Assembly: GCA_963740355.1 (NCBI GenBank)
Contig: CAVUDW010000002.1
Span: forward strand, 704,001 to 768,000
Origin: an uncultured Gemmatimonadaceae bacterium
GTDB taxonomy: Bacteria > Gemmatimonadota > Gemmatimonadetes > Gemmatimonadales > Gemmatimonadaceae
Reading direction: 5' to 3'
Length of the DNA stretch: 64,000 nt
Shown: positions 39,453 to 49,711 of the stretch, one piece after another
How positions within the stretch are numbered: the stretch's first letter is position 1
Layout of the letters: every line of letters begins with the position of its first letter
Made by a program: the position numbers and the translations under genes
Notes under the pieces: model-generated
The model's database searches: none
What the model was told of the DNA's origin: nothing
What the model saw: only the letters and a program-made list of their open reading frames with translations

Positions 39453-40073
39453 ATGCCAGCCGCACTGCCCAGAGCCTTCTACGACCGCGACCCGGCGCTG
39501 GTCGCGCGTGAACTCCTCGGGATGCAGCTCGCGGTGCGCGACGCTGGCGGTGCCACGCTGCTCGCACGCATCGTGGAAACCGAGGCCTACCTCGGTCCAC
39601 ACGATCCGGCCTGCCATGCCGTGGTCGGTCGGACACGTCGCACCGAGCATCTGCATGGTCCGCCGGGTCAGGCGTACGTGTACCTGATCTACGGCATGCA
39701 TTGGTGCCTGAACGCCGTGACGCTTCCCGACGGTATCGGCTCAGCGGTGTTGCTGCGGGCGGTCGAGCCGATCGGCGATCTCGGTCCGTTGCGGCGCCGT
39801 CGACCTGCGGCCCGTCGCGACCGCGACCTGACCAACGGACCGGGCAAGCTCTGCGCGGCGTATGACATCACCGGAGCGCTCGATGGCACGTCGCTGCAGC
39901 GCGGTGCGGTGCGCATCCTGCGCGGTGACGCGGTGCCCGATGCAGCGGTCGCGGTCTCACCGCGCATCGGCATCACTCGTGCGGCGGAGTGGCCGCTGCG
40001 CTTCTTTGTCAGGCACAATCCGTTCGTTTCAGCCACGCCGAAACCGTTCGTCGTCACCCCATACTCGCCATGA
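39453..40073 (+). CDS. DNA-3-methyladenine glycosylase (Mpg/AAG family)
   Basis: VARELLG, IVETEAYLG..DPACH, AYVYLIYGMHWCLN, AVLLRAVEP, NGPGKLC, PRIGI. Confidence 0.95.
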   Translation: MPAALPRAFYDRDPALVARELLGMQLAVRDAGGATLLARIVETEAYLGPHDPACHAVVGRTRRTEHLHGPPGQAYVYLIYGMHWCLNAVTLPDGIGSAVLLRAVEPIGDLGPLRRRRPAARRDRDLTNGPGKLCAAYDITGALDGTSLQRGAVRILRGDAVPDAAVAVSPRIGITRAAEWPLRFFVRHNPFVSATPKPFVVTPYSP

Positions 40074-41380
40074 CTTTTCTGTCCGGACTGCCGACTGCCT
40101 TGCGTGCCGCACTTTCGCTTGGCCTGGCTGCCGGTGTGTTGCGTGCGCAGCCTCCGGCACCGCGACGTCCCGCCCCGACATCACGTCCGATGGCCGACCA
40201 GCTCGACTCGCTCACCGACGTCTCGCCGCATGCCATGCGCATCTGGCGGGAGGCGATCGTGGTGGATACACACAACGACATGCCGACCAAGGTGGCGGAT
40301 GAGCGGTATGACGCCGACATCCGCAACCCGATCGGATTCGGGCCCGGCAAGGGATCGACGGACTATCCGCGCCTGCTGCAGGCGGGCATCACCGGGCAGT
40401 TCTTCTCGGCCTTCGTCGATGCGCCGTACGCCTTGATGAAGCCGGACAGCTCGTTCGCGCGCGCAATGCTGCTCACCAATCAGGTGAAGGCCTTTGTGCG
40501 TCGCCATCCCGACCGATTGATCTTCGCCACCAATGGCGCTGACCTGCGGCGCGCGAAACGGGAAGGGAAGGTGGCAGTCTTCGTTGGTGTGGAAGGCGGT
40601 CATGCCATTCAGGGTTCGATCGAACGGCTCCGTCGCTTGCACGCTGCCGGCGTGCGGTACATGACACTGACCTGGAATAACGGCAATCTCTGGGCGGGCG
40701 CCGCCGCCGGCACCAACAACACACGGACGGCGGGCCTCACGGCCTACGGCAAGCAGATCGTCCGCGAGATGAATCGGATCGGCATCCTGGTGGACATCTC
40801 GCACGTCTCCGACTCGACGTTCTGGGATGCGATCCGCACCAGCACCAAGCCGGTGATCGCGTCACACTCGAGTGCGCGCGCGCTGAGCGTGCATCGGCGC
40901 AACCTGACCGACAGCATGCTGGTGGCGGTCGCGAAGACCGGCGGGGTGGTGAACGTGAACTTCTTCAGCCAGTTCATCGATTCGACCTACAACACGCGCA
41001 TGTCGGGCATCGAGCGCCGCCTGCGCGCGGAGGATCGCATGCTGCGTGATGGCGGCATGGCCAACGACGCGATTCGCACGCGCGTCGCCGACCTGCGCCA
41101 GCGGCTGCTCGATTCGCTCCCGAACACACCGCTCTCCGTGCTGATCGATCACATCGATCACATCGCCAAGGTGGCCGGCGTCGATCACGTCGGCATCGGC
41201 TCCGACTTCGACGGCGTGACCGCACTGCCCACCGGCATGGAAGACGTCACCATGCTCCCGCGCATCGCCCAGGCCCTCATCGACCGCGGCTACAGCGACG
41301 ACGACATCAAGAAGATCCTCGGCGGCAACATGCTCCGCGTCCTCGAAACCGCCATCGATCCGACCGAGCGCCAGCGATAG
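40070..41380 (+). CDS. membrane dipeptidase (peptidase M19), exported
   Basis: Signal peptide; VDTHND, GVEGGH, YMTLTWN, DISH, ASHS, GIGSDFDG, ILGGN. Confidence 0.94.
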   Translation: MTFLSGLPTALRAALSLGLAAGVLRAQPPAPRRPAPTSRPMADQLDSLTDVSPHAMRIWREAIVVDTHNDMPTKVADERYDADIRNPIGFGPGKGSTDYPRLLQAGITGQFFSAFVDAPYALMKPDSSFARAMLLTNQVKAFVRRHPDRLIFATNGADLRRAKREGKVAVFVGVEGGHAIQGSIERLRRLHAAGVRYMTLTWNNGNLWAGAAAGTNNTRTAGLTAYGKQIVREMNRIGILVDISHVSDSTFWDAIRTSTKPVIASHSSARALSVHRRNLTDSMLVAVAKTGGVVNVNFFSQFIDSTYNTRMSGIERRLRAEDRMLRDGGMANDAIRTRVADLRQRLLDSLPNTPLSVLIDHIDHIAKVAGVDHVGIGSDFDGVTALPTGMEDVTMLPRIAQALIDRGYSDDDIKKILGGNMLRVLETAIDPTERQR

Positions 41381-41387
41381 ATCGTCG

Positions 41388-41427
41388 ACGGCAAATCGCC
41401 AACGGCAAATCGCCAACGGCAAATCGC
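41388..41427. repeat. 14-bp tandem repeat, about 2.9 copies
   Basis: ACGGCAAATCGCCA at 41388 and 41402, and ACGGCAAATCGC at 41416. Confidence 0.85.
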
Positions 41428-41595
41428 AGAGACGCAGAGTACGCGGAGAGTCTACTCGCAAGGCGACTTTTGCGTGGCATGACGAAAAGATGTGCTGTGG
41501 GAACTGCGCATGCCATGGCAGCTTCCCACAGCCCTTTTCAGTTGCAGTCGCGACGCAATCGAAGCGAGTGTTGCTGTATGTGAATTCGTTCTGCG

Positions 41596-44202
41596 TTAGC
41601 TGTTGCCTTCGTTGTTGCCGTTCGTCGTGCGATTCGCTGTCAGGGAATCAGCGGCAGCGGTCTTGGAGCGTTCGCTGGAAGTGAGGATGGCATTGTAGAC
41701 GAGCTTGAACGTGCCCCAGCTCTGGCCGCGATACTGAGGACGGAAGCCGAACATCACCACGCGACCGGCGCCGACGGTGATGTCGACCGCGGCGGCCTTG
41801 CCGGCAATCGCTTCGCCGCCGGCCAGGTAGCCGCTCATGAGGATGTTGCCGACGTCGGTCGGATAGCGCAGCGGCACCTCGACGCGGGCATCCTGGGCCA
41901 CGTCGAAGGCGGTCGAATTGGTGAAGTACACCGGCACCGTGTCGGGCATGCCCATCGTGAGGCGGCCCGGCGAGGCGATCGTGCGCAGGATCGAACCCGG
42001 TGCCACGATGTTGGCGCCTGCCGGTGCGCCGGTGGAATCGTCACGCGCGCGCCCGTCGCGCGCCGGGGCACGGGACTGCGGCGAGATACGTCGAACCGGC
42101 AGGCCCGGCACGGCTTCGAGCGCTACTTCGCTGCCCTTGTCGAACGTCATCAGCACGCCGCCGGCCGCCACGAATTCACCGATCGCCTTCAACCCTTCGG
42201 CGCCAAGCCCACCGGCGTATTCCGCTGGTGCCGACCGCGCGGCGAGGCCGTCCTTCGCCTCGCGCAACGAGATATCGGCGATGATCAGCACGTCGAACGC
42301 GGCGCGCAGGTTGCCCGCCTTGAGCAGGCTGTCGGTCACGTTCTTGTACGGTACGCCCTGCTGGTCGAACAACCACCGCGTCCAGCCTTCATCCATGCTG
42401 GCCGTCCACGGCTTGTAGAGCGCCACACGCGTAGGCTTGAGCTTGGTGCGCTCGCCAGTCGCCGACGGCAGCGTCGCCGCACCGCACCAACCGCCGTCGG
42501 GTGAGAAGCCGCGCGCGAATGAACCCGGTACGGTCACCGACGATGTTTCGCGGCTGCGCGACATGTCGACTCGTACCCCTTTCTGCAGCGCGGCGAAGGC
42601 CGTCGGGAAAGCCCGCGAGTCGCGCAGGTCGAGCGTGACGTTGCCGCTCCCCGAGAGCCCACACTTCGCGGCACCAGGCGCGGCCGCCGTGGCCGGCTGC
42701 GCACTCTTCTCGAGGCGCACCGTGACGCCCATCTGGTAGGGCAGTGTCCATCCTGCAACGTCGTACGGCCGATCACCGGCGCTCGCCGGCCACTTCTGTT
42801 CCTCGAACAGGTCGCGCACGTGAGCCGCGTACGGCTGGTCGAGCGGCACGATCCAGGAGCCACCCGAGACGCGAACCGCTTCGTCATTACCGGTCACTTC
42901 GACACCGCCACGCCGCAGCACCTGCACCAGCGCATAGGCGGCGGCAGGGTCATGCTGCTTCGACTCGATCACGTACTGCTGGCCAACGCCGTTCGCGACC
43001 TGGGTCCGGGCGACCTGCACCATCGATCGCACGATGTCGCCGCGCATCTCGGACGCCATCTGCACCAGTGAAATCGCGGCGATCTGCTCGTAGTCCATGA
43101 TGTCGCGCAGGCGCCAGGTGCCGCCCTTCCATGGACTCGGGTAATTCACACGCGGTTCGTTCTTGAGGCCGCGCGGATTGGCGGTGACCTCCGCCGGCGT
43201 GAGCGTGATCGGCGTCGCGATTCTCACGCTGGCCGCTTCCGTCAACAGGCCGATCATGTTGTGGCGCGTGGGAGTGGAGCGCGCACCACCGTTCCACCAG
43301 AGATCGTAGGTGATGCCATCACCTACGCCGGTCTTGCCCGCCTGCTGCAACGCCCACGACATCCGCTGCCCGACGAGGTTGATCCCGCGAACGATGCGAA
43401 CATCGACGTTCTGGTTGATCGGGTCGATGTGTGGTGGCACCGTCAGGCGCATTCCGTTGCTGCCCTGCTGGTGCACGTCGTAGAACACCTGCGGGAAGTA
43501 CTTCCCGTAGAGCGCCGAGCTGATGTTGCGGCTCTCCTTCTGCGTCACCATGTACCAGTCACGATTGTTGTCGTGACCCACGTACTCGTGGTACAGCCAC
43601 GGCATCGGGCCACCTTCGTACGGCGTGCCGAGTCCCTTCTTGTACCAGTCCACCACCATCTGCATGCCATCGGGGTTTGCCGAGGGCACCAGTGCGATCA
43701 CCACGTTCTTCATCGACCGCTGCAAGCTGTCGGTGGTGGCGAGCGCGTAGGCGAACTCCATCGCCATCTGGCTCGAGCCGATTTCGCTGCTGTGGAGGTT
43801 GCAGTTGATCCAGAGCACCACCGGCTGCGTGGCGACCAGCGAGTCCTCGGCAGCGGCGCTCAGCGTGCGCGGATCGGAGAGGCGGCGTTCCGCGGCGAGG
43901 ATCGCATCGAGTCGCCGAATGTTCTCCGGGGTCGAGATCGCGGCCACGATCATCGGCCGCCCCTGCGTCGTGGTTCCGATCGTGTCGATCTTGACGCTGG
44001 GGGAGCGCTGCGCGAGAGTGCCAAAGTACCGAAGGATCTGCGGCCAGTCGGCCAGCGTGCGATCGGCACCAACCGGGATTCCGAGCACGTCGCTCGGCGT
44101 AGGAATCGCGCCTTGGGCTGTGGCGCGCGAGAGGGGCGCCGCGAGCAGGAGCGCGGGGCAGAGCAGGCGGAGTACGCCGGCGAGCGGGCGACCAGAAGTC
44201 AT
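41596..44202 (-). CDS. M14-family zinc carboxypeptidase-like secreted protein with C-terminal GATase-like domain
   Basis: Signal peptide after ATG 44202; LHSSE (HxxE), NPDG, GHDNNRD, DVHQQG; PYDVAGWTLP, SMDEGWTRW, FGFRPQYR. Confidence 0.88.
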   Translation of the reverse strand: MTSGRPLAGVLRLLCPALLLAAPLSRATAQGAIPTPSDVLGIPVGADRTLADWPQILRYFGTLAQRSPSVKIDTIGTTTQGRPMIVAAISTPENIRRLDAILAAERRLSDPRTLSAAAEDSLVATQPVVLWINCNLHSSEIGSSQMAMEFAYALATTDSLQRSMKNVVIALVPSANPDGMQMVVDWYKKGLGTPYEGGPMPWLYHEYVGHDNNRDWYMVTQKESRNISSALYGKYFPQVFYDVHQQGSNGMRLTVPPHIDPINQNVDVRIVRGINLVGQRMSWALQQAGKTGVGDGITYDLWWNGGARSTPTRHNMIGLLTEAASVRIATPITLTPAEVTANPRGLKNEPRVNYPSPWKGGTWRLRDIMDYEQIAAISLVQMASEMRGDIVRSMVQVARTQVANGVGQQYVIESKQHDPAAAYALVQVLRRGGVEVTGNDEAVRVSGGSWIVPLDQPYAAHVRDLFEEQKWPASAGDRPYDVAGWTLPYQMGVTVRLEKSAQPATAAAPGAAKCGLSGSGNVTLDLRDSRAFPTAFAALQKGVRVDMSRSRETSSVTVPGSFARGFSPDGGWCGAATLPSATGERTKLKPTRVALYKPWTASMDEGWTRWLFDQQGVPYKNVTDSLLKAGNLRAAFDVLIIADISLREAKDGLAARSAPAEYAGGLGAEGLKAIGEFVAAGGVLMTFDKGSEVALEAVPGLPVRRISPQSRAPARDGRARDDSTGAPAGANIVAPGSILRTIASPGRLTMGMPDTVPVYFTNSTAFDVAQDARVEVPLRYPTDVGNILMSGYLAGGEAIAGKAAAVDITVGAGRVVMFGFRPQYRGQSWGTFKLVYNAILTSSERSKTAAADSLTANRTTNGNNEGNS

Positions 44203-44272
44203 GGGAGTGCGTGACACGGTGAGAGAAACACGGCCGTCGTGCGACGGTCGAACGCTACCCCGGGAGTCGGTC

Positions 44273-44655
44273 ATGTCACATCCTGCCCGCGACAACAGCC
44301 CGTTGCCGCCACCCATGCCGCCGAAGGAATTACGCCTCCGGACCAACGTCCACGGGACGGTTTTCGCTGCCCGCACGCTGGTGATCGAGCGGCTGCAGGC
44401 GGGGGAGCCGCTGCTGCTGGTGCCCGACCCGCCGCAGCCAGATGAGCCCTATGCAGTGTGGGTCCACGTGGCCGGCGGCGACGTGCTCGGGCCACCTCCC
44501 GGTGCAGATCGCGGCCTGGCTGGCGCCGTGGATGCTCGCTGGGGGACGGTGTCGCGCCACGGTCACGCGACGTCGGCCCAGCGGATGCGCCGAGCTGGAG
44601 CCGCATCGAGATCGAGCTCGAACGCTCGCTGCCGACGCTCGACCGCAGCTCCTGA
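44273..44655 (+). CDS. stand-alone HIRAN-domain-like protein; two +1 frameshifts (about 44490 and 44567)
   Basis: GGGAG RBS then ATG. Joined frames give RTNVHGTVFAART..LQAGEPLLLVPDP...YAVWVHVAGGDVLGHLPVQIAAWLAPWMLAGGRCRATV..SRIEIEL, matching the HIRAN pattern. Confidence 0.7.
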
Positions 44656-44781
44656 CATGAGCGAAGGGCCTCGAAGCGCAGTGCTGCGCTCCAAGGCCCT
44701 CCAGTTTCGTGCAGCACGCATTCGCCTGTTCAGCGCCACGCCAGCGGCCGTTACCCGCCGTGGCAGCCGCCGGCCGTTGCC

Positions 44782-45496
44782 CTACCGACGCGTGGCTGGC
44801 TTCTTGGCGGCTGGTGCGGCCGACTTGGTGGCGCCGCCACCGAGGCCAATGGCGAGACCGGCGCGCACCACCACGTTCTGGCCGGTGCCTGACGTCCCGC
44901 TGAACGTGCCGGCGTCGCTGCCGCCGACCTTCGCTGTCACGTCACCGAAGCGGATCACGCCGACCGTGGCACCGAGGTCGAGGTTCACCCGCGGCGGAGA
45001 GCTTGGTCAGCACACCGCCACCGACGTTCCCCTGAAATCCGCTGGCACTGATCTCGAGGTTCGCGCGCTGTTGCACGGCGAGGGACACGTCCGCGTTGCT
45101 GCGTGCGACACGAGCCTGACCCACTTCGCCGAGGTCGGCCGACTGCCGCAGGTAGGCCAGCCGTGCCGACATGTACGGCGCGAACTTCGCGCTGCCGATG
45201 TCGAACACTCGGCGCGGTTCGAAGAAGACACCGGAGAGTGCGACGTTGAAGCCATTCGCGTCCTTCAGTGCATGTGATGAATACTGGTAGCCAACGCCAT
45301 ACGACCAGAGGCTCGGGGTGACGCGCACCTGCACTTCGCCACCGGCACCGTTGTCGAGACCATCGTACGCGCTGCCGAAGACACCGACATAGAGTCCCGA
45401 CGCCTGGATCGACCAGCGTTGTGCCGACTGGGCAGCGAGTGGCGTGGTGAAACACGCAGCGGCGACGAGAGCCGTGAGTGTGAAGCTGTGACGCAT
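44782..45496 (-). CDS. small outer-membrane beta-barrel protein; +1 frameshift at about 44996
   Basis: Signal peptide MRHSFTLTALVAAACFTTPLAA-Q and alternating beta-strands. Removing one base joins GGGVLTKLSPRVNLDLGATVG to VVVRAGLAIGL. Confidence 0.75.
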
Positions 45497-45786
45497 GGGA
45501 AATACCTCGCGGAGGGAAACGGGGCGCCCAGAGTGGCGCGGCGACTCGCGTGGCATGATGCCTCGCATTCCTTCACGCGCAGTTGTCGACCGTTTCGGCT
45601 CATCGATGTGTGGCGAGCGGCAATTCGAGGCGGCGGTGCACGGGCATCGTGATGACCGTTCGCCCCTGCGCCACAAGGATTTTCCGGATGATGAGCCGTT
45701 TTTCCGCGGATCTGCGCGTGAGTGGATGAGCGGGACAGATCGCCCGTTCGAGACGCCCCCCAGCATCCACGCACTCCGAGGTCATC

Positions 45787-47549
45787 ATGGAGAAACTGCT
45801 TCTCCGCCATCTGAAGGGATCCAAGGCCGGCGAGACCGAGACCTTTGCCCTCAGCGCGTATCCCGATCTGCTCATCGGTCGTGATCCTGCGTCCGCCGTC
45901 CGTTTCGATCCCGCGCAGGATGACCTCGTCGGTCGTCAGCATGCCCGCATCACGCGCGACGGTCCTGACGCCACCACGTTCACGCTGTCGGATCTCGATA
46001 GCCGGAACGGCACCTTCCTCAACAAGCAGCGCGTCAGTGGCAAGGTCGTGATCCGCCCTGGCGACATCGTGCAGCTCGGCGCCGGCGGACCGGAGTTCGA
46101 GTTCGATGTCGACCCGCGTCCGGCGCCCGATGTGAAGGCCACGCGCCTCGGCATCGTGCCGTCGGCCAGCAGCGCCGATGCGACGCGCATGTCGGTCGCG
46201 GCCAACGCCACGGCACCATCCAAGGCACCCTCCACCACACCGGCGTCGTCTGGCCCAGTTCCGGGCAGCATCGGCAAGGCGACGGTGGAGCGCATGATCA
46301 CCGAGACGCAGAAGAAGTCGCAGTCGATGAACTACCTGATGGGTGGTGCCGTCGCACTCGTGGCGGTCGCCGGTATCGGCTGGGCGATGACGCGGCCGAA
46401 GCCGATCGATCAGGGGAGCGTCGTCGCCAGCGCCGTTGGCGCGGCGACCGCGGCTGCGGCGAAGGACGACAGTGTGCGTCGTGCTGCGGAAGCTAAGGGT
46501 GCAGCCGTCTCCGCACCCGAGATCGCTGCCAGGTACGGCCCGGCGGTGGTGCAGATCTACTTCAGCTGGAAGCTCGAATACAGCGGGCAGCCGGTGTTCC
46601 ATCGCTACATCGAGAACGCCTACAAGGCCAAGAGCGGGAAGGTGATGCAGATCATCCCTGGTGGGCCGCAGTACATCCCGACGTACATCGCCGTCAACGA
46701 AAACCAGATCGAACCGGCACTCACGCTGGCGCAGGGCCAGGGTCGTCCGATCGGTGTCACTGGCAGTGGTTCAGGCTTCGTGGTGTCGTCCGATGGTTTC
46801 ATCCTCACCAATCGCCACGTCGGCGCGAACTGGATGGCGCCGTATTCCTTCCAGCAGTCCGACATGGGCGTGCTGATCGGAAACCAGGGCGGCATCATGG
46901 TGAAGGATGACGGTACGCCGGCGATCACCGATCCACCGGTGGGCTGGATTCCGTCAGAATCCAAGCAGGCGGGCCCGAAAGGCATCATCGGCTCGTTCGC
47001 CGGTCGCCACGAATACCTGAAGGTCGGCTTCCAGAACAACGTGAACTACATCGATGCCGGCCCGGTCACGACCTCGCCGCGCGCCGATGTGGCGCTGCTC
47101 TCGGTGAAGGTGCCGAAGCCGCTCACGGCCCTGACACTGAACGACAACTACACCTCGGTGCGCCAGGGCGAAGGGGTCACGGTGATGGGGTATCCCGGTG
47201 TCTCGGATGTGACCTACGCGGTGGTGAAGTCGAATGACACGTTCAACCAGGAAAACCAGGCGCGCGTGGTTCCCGAGGTCACGCTGACCACGGGCACGAT
47301 TGCCAAGGTGACCAAGGCCGGCGACGAGAATGCCACCGGCCCGATGAAGTTCTACACGCCGAGTGGTGACCGTTTCCAGCTCAACATCAATACGACGGGG
47401 CCGGCAACAGCGGCGGACCGCTGTTCGATCCGCAGGGTCGCGTGATCGGCATCTTCTTCGCCGGTCGATCGGCCGACGTGTCGGTGTCGTTCGCCGTCCC
47501 GATCAAGTACGGCATGGAACTGATGAACGTCGGCCCAACCGCGCGCTGA
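45787..47549 (+). CDS. FHA domain - TM - trypsin-like (S1) serine protease; -1 frameshift in the G-run at 47397-47400
   Basis: FHA motifs LIGRD, VGRQHARI, DLDSRNGTFLN. Protease motifs GSGF, LTNRHV, ADVALL; adding one G restores TGAGNSGGPLFD...FAVPI to TGA 47549. Confidence 0.9.
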
Positions 47550-47563
47550 CGGAGAGACGGCAC

Positions 47564-49711
47564 ATGTCCACCGGCACCCCGACCAGGACCGCGATCGGTC
47601 CGTACAGAATCACCGGCTTTCTGGGTGCCGGTGGCATGGGCATGGTGTGGCGCGCCAGCCACCGGGACCTCGGTCGCGACGTCGCGATCAAGCGTCTCTC
47701 GGAATCGGCCAGCGAAGGCATCCCGCTGGAGCGCTTCCGCAACGAGGCGCGGCTGCACGGCACGTTGAACCACCCGCGCATCGCACAGCTCTACGACTTC
47801 ATCGAGGATGACGGTGCGCCGTGCATCGTGATGGAGTACGTCGCCGGCCCCACGATCGAGGAGCAGCTGCGCAGCGGGCCGATTCCGCTGCACACTGCCA
47901 TCACGATCCTCGAGATGGTGGCGGACGCCGTCGGGTACCTGCACCAGCGCGGCATCATTCACCGCGACATCAAGCCGTCGAACGTGAAGCTGCGGCCCGA
48001 CGGCTCGCCGGTGCTGCTCGACTTCGGCATCGCGCGCGCCGATGGCGATCCGCGCCTGACACGGACGGGCATGATCATCGGCTCGCCGCACACCATCGCA
48101 CCAGAACAGTTCGAGGGTCGCCCGCTGGACGCACGTGCCGACATCTGGGCCTTGGGCGTACTGTTCTACGAGATGGTCACCGGTCGACCGCCGTTCACCG
48201 GCGAGTCGGTGGCTGCACTCGCGAGTGTCATCCTGCACACGACACCGGTGGCCCCGAGCCATCGGCTGAAGACGCTGCCGCCGCGGGTCGATGCGCTGGT
48301 GGCGCATTGCCTCGAGCGCGACGTCTCGCGTCGCTTCCAGACGACCAGCGAATTGATCGATGCGCTGCGTGAACTGCGGCGCGTGACCCCTCTCACGGGT
48401 GAATCGCCGGCGGTGACCGGCTTCGCAACCGTTTCCAAGGCACGGCGGGCGCTGCTCGGCGCTGCGGGCCTGCTGCTCGTCGCAGTTGGCGCCTACGCGA
48501 TGAATCGCCAGGATGGCGATGTCGTTCTGCCCGCGAACGACACGACGCATGTGGCACCGATCTCACCTGTCGTGCCGCCAGGCCCAGTCGCACCCGTTCC
48601 CGGGATGCTCACCACGCGCATCAGCATCGTCGATGGCACCGCGGATGTGTTGATCGACGGAAAGCAGGTCGGTACGACGCCGTACGTTCACTCCGCGCCG
48701 GCCGGAACCAGCGTCACTCTCACGTTGCGCCGCGCCGGCTTCCACGATGAAACGGTCACCTTCATCGTCAGCGACAACCAACGGGAGTACACCCTCGTGA
48801 TGCAGCGAGACGCATCCGCGCCCGTCAGCCCGGCGCTGCTCGGTTTCTTTGGCTGGTTTCGTCGCCGTCGGCCCCAGCCAACCCCTGTTGCAGCCGCCGC
48901 CGCAGCCGGCGTGACCGGCGAACGTGTCGCCGCCGCGCCGCTGCGTTTCCGTGCCGCAGCGCAGACTGATGTGGGCTGCGTTCGCGATGGCAACGAAGAT
49001 GCCGTGCGCGTTGTCGACCTGCCCGACGGCGCGATCGTCGCCACGCTCTGCGACGGGATGGGCGGGCACGCGGCGGGGGAGGTGGCATCTGACCTGGCCG
49101 TGCGTACGATCATCGAGCACGCGGCTGAACTCGATTCGTCCGAGGCCCTCGTCACCGTCGTCGATGCCGCCAATCGCCGGATCCGGAAAGCCATGGCGCG
49201 TGATCGTGCCTTGCACGGCATGGGTACCACCTGCGTCGTGCTGCGTCTGCATGGGCAGTACGCGCTCTGCGCCCACGTCGGTGACAGCCGTGCGTATCTG
49301 GTTCGGGATGGCGGGATCTATCGGCTCACGGAGGATCATTCCCACGTGCGCGACCTGGTGCGTGACGGCACCCTCGCCGATCAGGATGCGCGTCATCATC
49401 CCGACAAGAATGTGATCCTCCGCGCCTTGGGGCCGGCCGAGCATGTGGAGGCCACGACCTGGACGGCACCGCTTCAGCTCCGGTCAGGGGACCGCTTCCT
49501 GCTTTCGTCCGATGGTCTCCACGATCTCGCCGACGATCAGGATTTCCTGCCGGCGCTCGCGCATGTCGATCCGGAGCGCGCGTGTGCCGACCTGATCGCC
49601 CTCGCCCGTGATCGCGGCGCACCCGACAACGTCACCGTCTGTATCGTTGACGTGCTCCCGACCACCACCGCCAATGTCCCTGAAACACGCGTGATCGAGG
49701 TTCCGGCATGA
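47564..49711 (+). CDS. Ser/Thr protein kinase - TM - PEGA - PP2C (PPM) phosphatase fusion
   Basis: Kinase GAGGMG, VAIK, HRDIKPSN, DFGIA. PEGA ADVLIDGKQVGTTP..LRRAGF. PP2C TDVGCVRDGNEDA, CDGMGGH, MGTT, HVGDSRAY, LTEDHS, SSDGL, DNVT. Confidence 0.92.
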   Translation: MSTGTPTRTAIGPYRITGFLGAGGMGMVWRASHRDLGRDVAIKRLSESASEGIPLERFRNEARLHGTLNHPRIAQLYDFIEDDGAPCIVMEYVAGPTIEEQLRSGPIPLHTAITILEMVADAVGYLHQRGIIHRDIKPSNVKLRPDGSPVLLDFGIARADGDPRLTRTGMIIGSPHTIAPEQFEGRPLDARADIWALGVLFYEMVTGRPPFTGESVAALASVILHTTPVAPSHRLKTLPPRVDALVAHCLERDVSRRFQTTSELIDALRELRRVTPLTGESPAVTGFATVSKARRALLGAAGLLLVAVGAYAMNRQDGDVVLPANDTTHVAPISPVVPPGPVAPVPGMLTTRISIVDGTADVLIDGKQVGTTPYVHSAPAGTSVTLTLRRAGFHDETVTFIVSDNQREYTLVMQRDASAPVSPALLGFFGWFRRRRPQPTPVAAAAAAGVTGERVAAAPLRFRAAAQTDVGCVRDGNEDAVRVVDLPDGAIVATLCDGMGGHAAGEVASDLAVRTIIEHAAELDSSEALVTVVDAANRRIRKAMARDRALHGMGTTCVVLRLHGQYALCAHVGDSRAYLVRDGGIYRLTEDHSHVRDLVRDGTLADQDARHHPDKNVILRALGPAEHVEATTWTAPLQLRSGDRFLLSSDGLHDLADDQDFLPALAHVDPERACADLIALARDRGAPDNVTVCIVDVLPTTTANVPETRVIEVPA

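Noticed and set aside
43799..45277. 492-aa plus-strand ORF
   Set aside because: A chimera of antisense carboxypeptidase sequence, the first part of the HIRAN gene and antisense OMP sequence.
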